38,496 nt of DNA from an uncultured Bdellovibrionales bacterium (GCA_964357915.1 CAYHND010000001.1:2167-40662); one strand, 5' to 3'. Shown: positions 9,269 through 16,411, counted from the first letter of the stretch. Notes: generated by a model from the letters alone, not told the origin. Program-made: numbers and translations.

Positions 9269-10828
9269 CTATCCTCTCTCTTTAAGAGCTACCAAGATTC
9301 CTAGCCAAAAAATAGCTTGCCCCTGAGGAATAGTATAGAAAAAGTGATCTCCTAAAGCGAATACGATCAAAAAGAATACTACAGCCAGGTATTCTTTTGA
9401 ATGTTCCACGTGGAACATTTCCTTTTCATGATTCCCCTCTAATTGTTCCACGTGGAACATTGTGTCATTTTTCTTCTCTGTGATTACTTTTACTAGTAAG
9501 AAGATTATCAGAAACAACCCGATAGCTCCAAGCTCGTAGTAGGTTAAAAGAAAATAGTTATGAATAGGCTGGATACTCCAATCATTCACGCTGTATATTT
9601 GTGAATAGAGACGCGCACCATAAGAAGCGACTCCGTTACCGATCAACTGGAAATGACTCAGTTCTGAATATTCAACCAAGGAAAGTTCTCGCTCAGAAAA
9701 GCTTTTTAGTGAAGTAAGACCTCCTAGAGTCACTAAAAGGATTACTGCTAAAGCCATTAACCAATGTTCCACGTGGAACAATTGTATTTTCTTTTTTAGA
9801 GGAAATCTGGGAAATGTTCCACGTGAAACAATGAAAATACTCCCCAGCAGGGTCAAAAGTATGCCTGTCCTTGAAAAAGTAAGCATAAGAGCCATTACAA
9901 GTGTACCTATGACTAAATGTTCCACGTGGAACATTGTTTTTGATGAGTTTTTAGTTTCTACAGAAGATATTGTTCCACGTGGAACATTCTGGTGAATAAG
10001 GAGAACTAGTAAAGTAAGACCCAAAAAAGCGGCTAAAATATTGGGGTGAGGAAATAGCCCGTAGCCTCGAAGTATCTTCTCTCCGAATAGATTTATAGTA
10101 GCTATTCCCGGATTACCCACCCGCAAAAAGCTTTCTCCTAAGTACTTCAATCCAATAGAATGCTGTGTACTAACCTGTATAAAGACAACAAAAGCGTTAA
10201 ATAAAGCAAAGTAAGTCATTATCTTAATGATACTCCTATAAAGGACATCCTGTGTTCCACGTGGAACATTATTACTAGCTACTTGTTGTTCCACGTGGAA
10301 CATCCGTATTAGTTGTATCGAGATAAAAACACCTATTTCAGTCATAGTAAGAGCACTTCGTATAGCTAGGGGAATCTGATCTGCTTGAGTCACCGATAGC
10401 CATTGCCAAAGAATAAAGGCTAATATAAGCAATGTGATGCTTTTTAGAGTATGTTCCACGTGGAACATTCTTTGTTGGTCAGCATTTCCTGATTGTTCCA
10501 CGTGGAACATCTTTTTATATATTGACAATAATAGATACTCATGTTTTAATATTATATAGCCAAGCCACAAGAGAAACACTCCATCAAAAAGATAGACTGA
10601 TAGGTCTAGGTGCTCATTGAACAGACTCCCTTCGACCAACACATTCGGTATCAAGACTTTCTTGATATTCAATAAAAAAGCTACCAGAAGACTCATGGTA
10701 AGCCATTTCTCTACACTCTCTCCTTTTTTATCTTCACTGGTATTCATAGTCGTAGTGTACGTTTTTATAGTGAAGGGGACAAGAGATTGACTGAACAGGG
10801 GAATTAACAGATAATGAATGCGTTTCAA
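9269..10828 (-). CDS. Wzy_C / O-antigen-ligase-like polytopic membrane protein carrying ten in-frame parS-like palindromes
   Basis: 519-aa open frame with many hydrophobic helices. It has the motifs LTFSRTGILL and IHNYFLLTYYELGAIGL, shared with the two paralogs at 25296-27766. Alternative starts are at 10747 and 10696. Confidence 0.7.
   Translation of the reverse strand: MKRIHYLLIPLFSQSLVPFTIKTYTTTMNTSEDKKGESVEKWLTMSLLVAFLLNIKKVLIPNVLVEGSLFNEHLDLSVYLFDGVFLLWLGYIILKHEYLLLSIYKKMFHVEQSGNADQQRMFHVEHTLKSITLLILAFILWQWLSVTQADQIPLAIRSALTMTEIGVFISIQLIRMFHVEQQVASNNVPRGTQDVLYRSIIKIMTYFALFNAFVVFIQVSTQHSIGLKYLGESFLRVGNPGIATINLFGEKILRGYGLFPHPNILAAFLGLTLLVLLIHQNVPRGTISSVETKNSSKTMFHVEHLVIGTLVMALMLTFSRTGILLTLLGSIFIVSRGTFPRFPLKKKIQLFHVEHWLMALAVILLVTLGGLTSLKSFSERELSLVEYSELSHFQLIGNGVASYGARLYSQIYSVNDWSIQPIHNYFLLTYYELGAIGLFLIIFLLVKVITEKKNDTMFHVEQLEGNHEKEMFHVEHSKEYLAVVFFLIVFALGDHFFYTIPQGQAIFWLGILVALKERG
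9402..9417. promoter_or_regulatory. parS-like site 1 (TGTTCCACGTGGAACA)
   Basis: Perfect 16-bp palindrome, extended to the 18-bp palindrome ATGTTCCACGTGGAACAT at 9401-9418. Confidence 0.7.
9444..9459. promoter_or_regulatory. parS-like site 2 (TGTTCCACGTGGAACA)
   Basis: Perfect 16-bp palindrome, 42 bp centre-to-centre from site 1. Confidence 0.7.
9765..9780. promoter_or_regulatory. parS-like site 3 (TGTTCCACGTGGAACA)
   Basis: Perfect 16-bp palindrome. Confidence 0.7.
9815..9830. promoter_or_regulatory. parS site 4 (TGTTCCACGTGAAACA)
   Basis: Identical, as I recall it, to the Bacillus subtilis spo0J-internal parS and to the consensus TGTTNCACGTGAAACA. It lies 50 bp from site 3. Confidence 0.75.
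9918..9933. promoter_or_regulatory. parS-like site 5 (TGTTCCACGTGGAACA)
   Basis: Perfect palindrome; the 18-bp version spans 9917-9934. Confidence 0.7.
9971..9986. promoter_or_regulatory. parS-like site 6 (TGTTCCACGTGGAACA)
   Basis: Perfect palindrome, 53 bp from site 5. Confidence 0.7.
10253..10268. promoter_or_regulatory. parS-like site 7 (TGTTCCACGTGGAACA)
   Basis: Perfect palindrome. Confidence 0.7.
10287..10302. promoter_or_regulatory. parS-like site 8 (TGTTCCACGTGGAACA)
   Basis: Perfect palindrome, 34 bp from site 7. Confidence 0.7.
10452..10467. promoter_or_regulatory. parS-like site 9 (TGTTCCACGTGGAACA)
   Basis: Perfect palindrome; the 18-bp version spans 10451-10468. Confidence 0.7.
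10494..10509. promoter_or_regulatory. parS-like site 10 (TGTTCCACGTGGAACA)
   Basis: Perfect palindrome, 42 bp from site 9. Confidence 0.7.
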
Positions 10829-10923
10829 AAAGGGCCCTTCGTCATCCTGGTTGGCGCTCGCTAACTATTCCCTGCGAGCGCTCAAGGAAGCTCTAGCTGA
10901 AGACACATGCTTATTCACATTCT

Positions 10924-10996
10924 GGGCCCTTAGCTCATCTGGTAGAGCGCTCCCATGGCATGGGAGAGGTGAACGGTTCAAGTCCGTTAGGGTCCA
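10924..10996 (+). tRNA. tRNA-Ala (anticodon GGC)
   Basis: Cloverleaf with acceptor gggccct/agggtcc including the G3:U70 alanine identity pair, and anticodon loop atGGCat. Confidence 0.9.
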
Positions 10997-11049
10997 CACT
11001 TAAATTCGCTTGGATAAAGCTGTATAAACTAGTACAATCCCTTACACAA

Positions 11050-11121
11050 GCCTCCGTAGCTCAATGGATAGAGCTATCCCGTCCTAAGGGAGAGATCTGG
11101 GTTCGATTCCTGGTGGGGGCA
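11050..11121 (+). tRNA. tRNA-Arg (anticodon CCT)
   Basis: Cloverleaf with acceptor gcctccg/tgggggc, anticodon loop gtCCTaa and T-loop ttcgatt. There is one A:G mismatch at the top of the anticodon stem. Confidence 0.8.
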
Positions 11122-11196
11122 CTTTAAAATTCAAAAGGGGACTCTTTCTTTTTTTGGTCTACCATGCTAGACTAGTTCGTTACTAACCAAAAACAG

Positions 11197-11529
11197 ATGT
11201 CACTCCGTATTACTAAAGTTAATGATCTTTTGCGAGATCTTATTGCCGAGGCTCTTACTAAAGAGGTGAGTTTTAAGACTGGCGTTATCGCTACGGTGAC
11301 CAAGCTGCGCGTAACCAAAGATCTCCGTCATGCCTATTTTTCTGTCAGTATTTTTCCTGAAAGTGAGGTACATTACGTAGAGGTGACTCTCAAAAAAGAA
11401 ATTTCCAAGCTCGAACGCTTCGTCCATGACAAGCTCTACATGAAACCACTGCCTCGACTCCACTTTGAAGTTGATTCCACTGGACTCAATGCTGACGCCG
11501 TAGAAAAAATTCTTCTTTCTCTCGACTAA
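11197..11529 (+). CDS. rbfA: ribosome-binding factor A
   Basis: 110 aa. R..KVNDLLRDLIAEAL...VTKLRVTKDLRHAYFSVSIF is typical of RbfA. Confidence 0.85.
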   Translation: MSLRITKVNDLLRDLIAEALTKEVSFKTGVIATVTKLRVTKDLRHAYFSVSIFPESEVHYVEVTLKKEISKLERFVHDKLYMKPLPRLHFEVDSTGLNADAVEKILLSLD

Positions 11530-11530
11530 T

Positions 11531-12490
11531 ATGAAAAACTATTCTTCTGAATTCAAAACACTTGAATACATTATCGCTCAGGCAGAAAATATTCTTCTCG
11601 TAGCTCATACTCGACCAGATCCTGATACGGTGGGTTCTAACAGTGCGCTTCAGGAACACCTGGTGGCTCTAGGAAAAAATGTGACTATCGCTTGCTATGA
11701 TCATTTTCCAGAAGTGCTGATTCCTCTTGGCAAAAAAGAATTCGTTCATCCTGATACCCTCGCACTTGAAAACTTCGATGCTGTGTTAGCGTTAGATAGT
11801 GTTGATAGGGGATTTCATCTTTTCCGCGATAAGCTACGTGAAGATCAAGTGGTAGTGCTCATGGATCATCATCCTGATATAGAACTCCACGGTGATGTGG
11901 TGATTATCGACAAAGACTATTCTTCTACTTCAGAACTTTTGTATCTGTACCTCAAACAAACAGGGGCTCGTATCACCAAACCGATGGCTACCTATATGCT
12001 GGCTGGTCTCGTCTTTGATACTGGTGGATTCAAGCATTCTAAGGTCAGTCCCCAAGTCATGGAGATGGCTTCTACTCTGATGCAAAAGGGGGCGCCTCTC
12101 GAAAAAATCTCTCAAATTATTTTTGCCCACCAGAATATCGGAGCACTCCGACTGTGGGGAAGAGCAATCGAAAAAGCTCGTCTCTATGCCAGTAATGGTA
12201 TGCTGGTTACCGCTGTCACAAGAGAAGAAATTGAACAGTGTCAGGCTTCTCGGGAAGACATCTACCAACTTACTTCTATCCTCAGCACCATCCCAGACGC
12301 CAAATTTGCCCTCGTACTGTCTGAGCGTGATGAATACACGGTAAGGGGTAGCCTTCGCTCTATGGATCACCATGGAGTCGATGTATCGAGTATCGCTCAC
12401 CAGTTCGGTGGGGGAGGCCATCACCTGGCTAGCGGTTTCGAGGTGCCCGGTCGTCTCGTAGAGACGGGTGCTGGTTTTGCTATACTGTAA
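11531..12490 (+). CDS. DHH-family phosphoesterase (NrnA-like oligoribonuclease / pAp phosphatase)
   Basis: Contains the motifs HTRPDPDTVGS, DHH (LMDHHPD) and GGGGH (DHHA1). Confidence 0.8.
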   Translation: MKNYSSEFKTLEYIIAQAENILLVAHTRPDPDTVGSNSALQEHLVALGKNVTIACYDHFPEVLIPLGKKEFVHPDTLALENFDAVLALDSVDRGFHLFRDKLREDQVVVLMDHHPDIELHGDVVIIDKDYSSTSELLYLYLKQTGARITKPMATYMLAGLVFDTGGFKHSKVSPQVMEMASTLMQKGAPLEKISQIIFAHQNIGALRLWGRAIEKARLYASNGMLVTAVTREEIEQCQASREDIYQLTSILSTIPDAKFALVLSERDEYTVRGSLRSMDHHGVDVSSIAHQFGGGGHHLASGFEVPGRLVETGAGFAIL

Positions 12491-12492
12491 AA

Positions 12493-13080
12493 ATGGACAA
12501 GGCAACAGCTCTTCTAGAGCTTCATACAAAATACGCAGCAGAAAACTCTTGCACACTCAAAGCGACAGCCACGCGAGCGGTGTTTGGGAGTGGTAACCCT
12601 GAAGCCGATATTGTTTTTATTGGAGAAGCTCCTGGCAAGAAAGAAGACGAGACTGGTATACCCTTTGTTGGGGCGGCAGGGAAGTTCTTGGATGAAATGC
12701 TGGCACGAGCGAGTCTCAAGCGAGAAGATATCTACATCACTAATATCGTAAAGTATCGTCCACCAGAAAATCGCGATCCGACACCTGAAGAAATCGCTGC
12801 TTGCGAAAGTTGGCTTCATGAAGAAATTTCTACCATCAAGCCCGCAGTGATTGTCAGTCTTGGTCGCTATTCACTTAATCATTTCATCCCTGATGTAAAA
12901 ATTTCTCTAGTTCATGGCACAGCCTTCCGACGGAATATCCCAGGACTAGGGGAGTGTGTCTTCTTTGCTCTCTATCATCCTGCTGCTGCTCTCTATAACG
13001 GCAGCATGCGCGAAACTCTTATAGAAGATTTCCTTAAAGTCCCAAAGCTTGTGAAACAAATAAAAAAAGACTCTCACTAA
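12493..13080 (+). CDS. uracil-DNA glycosylase, family 4
   Basis: Contains the family-4 UDG motifs GEAPGKKEDETGIPFVGAAGKFLD and HPAAALYN. Confidence 0.85.
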   Translation: MDKATALLELHTKYAAENSCTLKATATRAVFGSGNPEADIVFIGEAPGKKEDETGIPFVGAAGKFLDEMLARASLKREDIYITNIVKYRPPENRDPTPEEIAACESWLHEEISTIKPAVIVSLGRYSLNHFIPDVKISLVHGTAFRRNIPGLGECVFFALYHPAAALYNGSMRETLIEDFLKVPKLVKQIKKDSH

Positions 13081-13104
13081 GGGGGTCTTTTTTATCGCTG
13101 ATTC

Positions 13105-13188
13105 TGGTACCGAGGGTGGGACTCGAACCCACACGGCTTGCGCCTGGGGATTTTAAGTCCCCTATGTCTACCATTCCATCACCCCGGC
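13105..13188 (-). tRNA. tRNA-Leu (anticodon TAA), long variable arm
   Basis: The reverse complement folds with anticodon loop ctTAAaa, a long variable arm and T-loop ttcgagt. A CCA appears to be encoded at the 3' end (13105-13107). Confidence 0.85.
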
Positions 13189-13223
13189 TTATTTGTATTC
13201 TATACTATCTTTAACTCTTTCTG

Positions 13224-13294
13224 AGGTCCGAAGCAGAATCGAACTGCTGTGCAAGGTTTTGCAGACCTCTGCCTAACCACTCGGCCATCGGACC
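13224..13294 (-). tRNA. tRNA-Cys (anticodon GCA)
   Basis: Reverse complement ggtccga...ctGCAaa...ttcgatt...tcggacc-t, with the U73 discriminator expected for Cys. Confidence 0.85.
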
Positions 13295-13371
13295 TTTTTC
13301 TTGTATCTTGTTTTGCAGATTGGTACAACAAGTACAGGGGAAGCCTAACAAATAGGACCCCCACCGTCAAC

Positions 13372-13402
13372 AAAAAACCTCCCTACCAAAGAGGTAGAGA
13401 GG
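13372..13402 (-). terminator. rho-independent terminator after the 3D-domain gene
   Basis: On the minus strand, cctctctacc-loop-ggtagggagg is followed by tttttt. Confidence 0.6.
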
Positions 13403-13410
13403 TAATTTGT

Positions 13411-13959
13411 TTAGTCCACCACCTGAGCACTAAGATTCTGACGTCCAAAAGCAAAAGCTTCTGACTTGGTCTTCACATAGATGTCAAAGTGATTTCCCTT
13501 GATAGCACCTCCACGATCTTCACAACGGTACTCACCCATTCCTTCAATACTGATTTTGGTACCGAATGGGTATTGTTTAGGACAAGCAAGGGTACGTTTT
13601 TCAGTCACCTTAAGTCCTGAAGCGGTAATACCATCAGACTTACCACATTCATCAGCGGCTGCCGTATAGGCAGAGGCGTTGATAGTGAAAGAGTCTCGTG
13701 AAAGCTTCTCCCAGAGGGCTGCTTGTTTGGTTTTCCAATGAGCAAGGGTTTTGTCCTCAAAAGAGAGAACTTTTTCTTCAACAGGAGCCTTGTTAGTGTC
13801 ATTCTTGAATGTCCACTCAAGAAGGTATGGATCCTGTGAATAGTTATAACCCTGTATAACTGGTAATTCGATGATTTGAGCCGCTACGCTAGACGTATTG
13901 GCAAAAAATCCGGTAATGCTGACTATGGCTACGAAAAGAAGTTCTTTTCGATACGTCAT
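13411..13959 (-). CDS. secreted 3D-domain (MltA/RlpA-like fold) cell-wall protein
   Basis: N-terminal signal or anchor, then C-terminal TASGLKVTEKRTLACP...GTKISIEGMGEYRCEDRGGAIKGNHFDIY, the 3D (Asp-Asp-Asp) domain pattern. Confidence 0.75.
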   Translation of the reverse strand: MTYRKELLFVAIVSITGFFANTSSVAAQIIELPVIQGYNYSQDPYLLEWTFKNDTNKAPVEEKVLSFEDKTLAHWKTKQAALWEKLSRDSFTINASAYTAAADECGKSDGITASGLKVTEKRTLACPKQYPFGTKISIEGMGEYRCEDRGGAIKGNHFDIYVKTKSEAFAFGRQNLSAQVVD

Positions 13960-14034
13960 AAAGTGTCCTTATGGCTAAGCCACTAGCTCTCGAGAGAGTA
14001 ATGGGTCGAGCAATCGAAATTAACTCAACCAGCA

Positions 14035-14063
14035 ATGTTAGCATACTTTTGTCTTTTTGTCAA
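14035..14063 (-). promoter_or_regulatory. sigma-70-like promoter for the 3D-domain gene
   Basis: On the minus strand: TTGACA (14063-14058), 17-nt spacer, TAACAT (14040-14035), about 70 nt upstream of the ATG at 13959. Confidence 0.5.
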
Positions 14064-14224
14064 TACCAAAACACTAGTATTTGCTTTAGATAAAGCAAAT
14101 CTCCTCTATTTTAGGGGTGGTTTTTGGCTCTTTTCCTGCTATTTAAGGGTTTTTGTGAGAAACTAGCTTCCCAATAACAGTAAATGGGTATAGTATGCTC
14201 TATTAACCACAGAACACTCCCTGT

Positions 14225-14836
14225 ATGGATCAGAAGGTCTTTCTCAAATTCTCAAGCGTCCTCTTAGTCCTCACTGGCTTGATTTTGCTTATTGCGCCAA
14301 GCGAGTGGTTTCCCAATTTCTACAGCCCAGTCTTTATGGGTATCATTGCTCTTATCTCTCCCATACTGATCTACCTCCCCAAATTCATTCTCACCAGAAG
14401 CAATCCTCAAAAAAGGAAGCTCATCCTCGAAATGCGTTCTATTATTGCTTTTGCACTCCTCGTCAACTTTGCAGGGGAGCTTGGGCTATTTCAACTCTAC
14501 AAATACGGGTTTGAGTATGATAAATTTTCTCACTTCATTGTCTGCATGGCTTTTGCTTTTATTCTTGGGGAATCTCTTCGAGAATGGGAACATCTTCATG
14601 CTAAAAAGCTTGTGGTGATAGTATTTCTGATTGTTTTTGGTTCTGGTATTGTCTGGGAAATATTTGAGGCTTCCTCTGACTTTCTTTTCAAAACCCAAGA
14701 ATGGGGAGTTTATGGCGAACACCTTGTTCTTGATAGCTACAAAGATCTTCTTTTCAATAGCCTTGGAGCATTGGCGGGCATTGTTATTTTCAAAATTCCC
14801 AAAAAAAGTCCTGCAAAAATTAAAAACGCCCACTAA
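14225..14836 (+). CDS. polytopic membrane protein, possibly YjdF/DUF2238-like
   Basis: 203 aa with about 5-6 hydrophobic helices and a YDKFSHF motif. The family assignment comes from memory of the motif only. Confidence 0.6.
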   Translation: MDQKVFLKFSSVLLVLTGLILLIAPSEWFPNFYSPVFMGIIALISPILIYLPKFILTRSNPQKRKLILEMRSIIAFALLVNFAGELGLFQLYKYGFEYDKFSHFIVCMAFAFILGESLREWEHLHAKKLVVIVFLIVFGSGIVWEIFEASSDFLFKTQEWGVYGEHLVLDSYKDLLFNSLGALAGIVIFKIPKKSPAKIKNAH

Positions 14837-14871
14837 AGGGACGTCTCACTCGGCTCCATTAAATCTAACTA

Positions 14872-15438
14872 CTATAAATGGGCTATTTGTTTTTTCACGA
14901 GATCTATCTCTACTTGATTTGAGAGAAGATTATCATCCCTAGTAGTCATGAGGCTCCCACGCCCATCATCAGAGAAAAATGCTTTGCGCTGCTCAATGGC
15001 TCGATCAATAAGAAAGAGTTGATCGCGCCTGATAGGAGGTAGCTCTTCAAGGGAACAGAATCTTGCCTCTACAACCTCAGGCGAGGGCGTGAAACTACCT
15101 CCAATAAAAGTCCCTATATAAGAAATATCGAGTCGCGCTGTTTCTCGGTCAGTGCGTACCCTCATACGCCAATCAATACTAACAGTAAGCCCTGATTCTT
15201 CTAGAATCTCCCGCTCAAGGGCTTCTTTGGGATGTTCTTTACCGTTCATATAGCCACCAGGTAAACTCCAGGCTGTCTTGCGATAGGTGTGCTTGAATAC
15301 CAGTACCTTGTTATCCGAGTTGAAGATCACTCCAGTGACCCCTATCAAAAATTGATCTTGAAAGAGACGGATGATGCTCAATTGAAAATGCTTAGAGAAG
15401 CCCAACTTCCTCCATATTTTTAGGAGGACGCTCATCAT
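14872..15438 (-). CDS. NUDIX hydrolase
   Basis: Nudix box GGYMNGKEHPKEALEREILEESGL (Gx5Ex7REUxEExGU). Confidence 0.85.
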   Translation of the reverse strand: MMSVLLKIWRKLGFSKHFQLSIIRLFQDQFLIGVTGVIFNSDNKVLVFKHTYRKTAWSLPGGYMNGKEHPKEALEREILEESGLTVSIDWRMRVRTDRETARLDISYIGTFIGGSFTPSPEVVEARFCSLEELPPIRRDQLFLIDRAIEQRKAFFSDDGRGSLMTTRDDNLLSNQVEIDLVKKQIAHL

Positions 15439-15779
15439 AAGGATCTCTCGTCAACGTCTGATTCCTCACCGAGACGAATCTTGAGTTTTCGATTTTCAAT
15501 TTCTAAGGCGTGGGCTTGTTTGGTAATCTCTAGAATCTGGTTCTGATCTTTCTCTACATTACCCTCTAGATCTTGGATAACCAGACTCGCTTTTCTCATA
15601 AGACCAAGGTGGAAGAAGGAAAAAATGAGCATTGCTAGGGAAATAGGGACAATGATAGCTAAGGGAAGGGGAGTGTTCATGGAAAAATCTCCTATCTTCA
15701 CTGGAACCACCATAGTATTTTGCACTGTGAAAAAGGCAAAGAAGAGAATCAGAATAATCATAAAGATAAAAATTTTCAT
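15435..15779 (-). CDS. LapA/DUF1049-like membrane protein with a C-terminal coiled coil
   Basis: Two TM helices (FFAFFTVQNT...V.V, PLPLAIIVPISLAMLIFSFF), then a charged helical tail. It shares an ATGA overlap with the NUDIX gene. Confidence 0.65.
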   Translation of the reverse strand: MKIFIFMIILILFFAFFTVQNTMVVPVKIGDFSMNTPLPLAIIVPISLAMLIFSFFHLGLMRKASLVIQDLEGNVEKDQNQILEITKQAHALEIENRKLKIRLGEESDVDERSL

Positions 15780-15852
15780 ACCCTGTTTTCTTTAGATGGT
15801 TAGATAATCCCAGTATACTCTCATTCAGATAGAAACCTACTCTCTCTTAGTT

Positions 15853-15887
15853 AAAAAACAAAATACCAGACATAAAGCCTGGTATTT
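15853..15887 (-). terminator. terminator closing the minus-strand rplS-tRNA operon
   Basis: Stem aaataccag/ctggtattt with a 9-nt loop, followed on the minus strand by a T-run. Confidence 0.6.
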
Positions 15888-15894
15888 TCTTTTT

Positions 15895-15917
15895 ATGAGC
15901 GGGTAAGGGGAATGAAC
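15895..15917 (-). pseudogene. duplicated 3' fragment of tRNA-Gly (acceptor 3' strand plus part of the T arm)
   Basis: 19 nt (atgagcgggtaaggggaat, 15895-15913) are identical to 16069-16087 at the 3' end of the intact tRNA-Gly. After a 1-nt deletion, gaac also matches. No 5' half is present. Confidence 0.7.
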
Positions 15918-16009
15918 AAAAGCTAAAGCTTTTCTAAGAACCCACGGTTCTCAGCGCTTCGCTGCTCTCCTCCAACTGAAAAACAAATGTTTTTCCGACC
16001 CTTTTCTCG

Positions 16010-16029
16010 TTCGATTCCCACTACCAACC
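16010..16029 (+). other. tRNA 3'-end-like fragment (T-loop plus acceptor-like) without a 5' partner
   Basis: ttcgattcccactaccaacc looks like T-loop, T-stem and acceptor 3' strand, but the upstream sequence cannot form the T stem or the rest of a cloverleaf. Confidence 0.3.
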
Positions 16030-16030
16030 T

Positions 16031-16057
16031 AAAAAATAAAATCCCCATTAAGGGGAT
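16031..16057 (-). terminator. stem-loop plus T-run immediately after tRNA-Gly
   Basis: atcccc-attaa-ggggat, with tttatttttt downstream on the minus strand. Confidence 0.5.
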
Positions 16058-16071
16058 CATATTTTTCAATG

Positions 16072-16143
16072 AGCGGGTAAGGGGAATCGAACCCCTATCT
16101 CATCCTTGGCAAGGACGTGTAAGAGCCATTATACGATACCCGC
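16072..16143 (-). tRNA. tRNA-Gly (anticodon GCC)
   Basis: Reverse complement gcgggta..cgtcc-ttGCCaa-ggatg..agggg-ttcgatt-cccct-tacccgc-t. Confidence 0.9.
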
Positions 16144-16173
16144 GACTCTTCTTAGATTGTAACCTACTCTATG

Positions 16174-16247
16174 TGGGACTGGTTGGACTTGAACCAACGA
16201 CCAAGCGGTTATGAGCCGCGTGCTCTAACCAACTGAGCTACAGTCCC
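16174..16247 (-). tRNA. tRNA with CAT anticodon, probably tRNA-Ile2 (lysidine) rather than elongator Met
   Basis: The cloverleaf has a G1:C72 pair, so it is not an initiator. The stretch GCGGCTCATAACCGCTTGGTCGTTGGTTCAAGTCCAAC closely resembles E. coli ileX as I remember it. Confidence 0.85.
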
Positions 16248-16327
16248 ATTTTACCTTTATAACACCTGTATAACTGTCAGAGAAGGTACTTATACAGTAG
16301 TTCTCCACATACTATTTACCTTTTCTG

Positions 16328-16399
<72 letters not shown>

Positions 16400-16411
16400 A
16401 GAACTTCTTTG

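Larger units (their letters stand above)
9402..10509. repeat. array of ten parS-like 16-bp palindromes arranged as five pairs
   Basis: Direct reading of the sequence. Nine copies read TGTTCCACGTGGAACA and one reads TGTTCCACGTGAAACA. I saw no other copy in the window. Confidence 0.9.

Noticed and set aside
9402-10509. Could the repeated palindromes be a CRISPR array?
   Set aside because: The repeats are only 16-18 bp and fully palindromic. Their spacing is irregular, alternating between 18-36 bp gaps within pairs and roughly 250-300 bp gaps between pairs. They lie inside a continuous 519-aa ORF, and no cas genes are nearby.
13960-14034. c-di-AMP (ydaO-type) riboswitch upstream of the 3D-domain cell-wall gene
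   Set aside because: The leader from the predicted promoter is only about 70 nt. It contains just a simple 7-bp hairpin and a ctcgag palindrome, which is far too short and lacks the pseudo-symmetric conserved cores.
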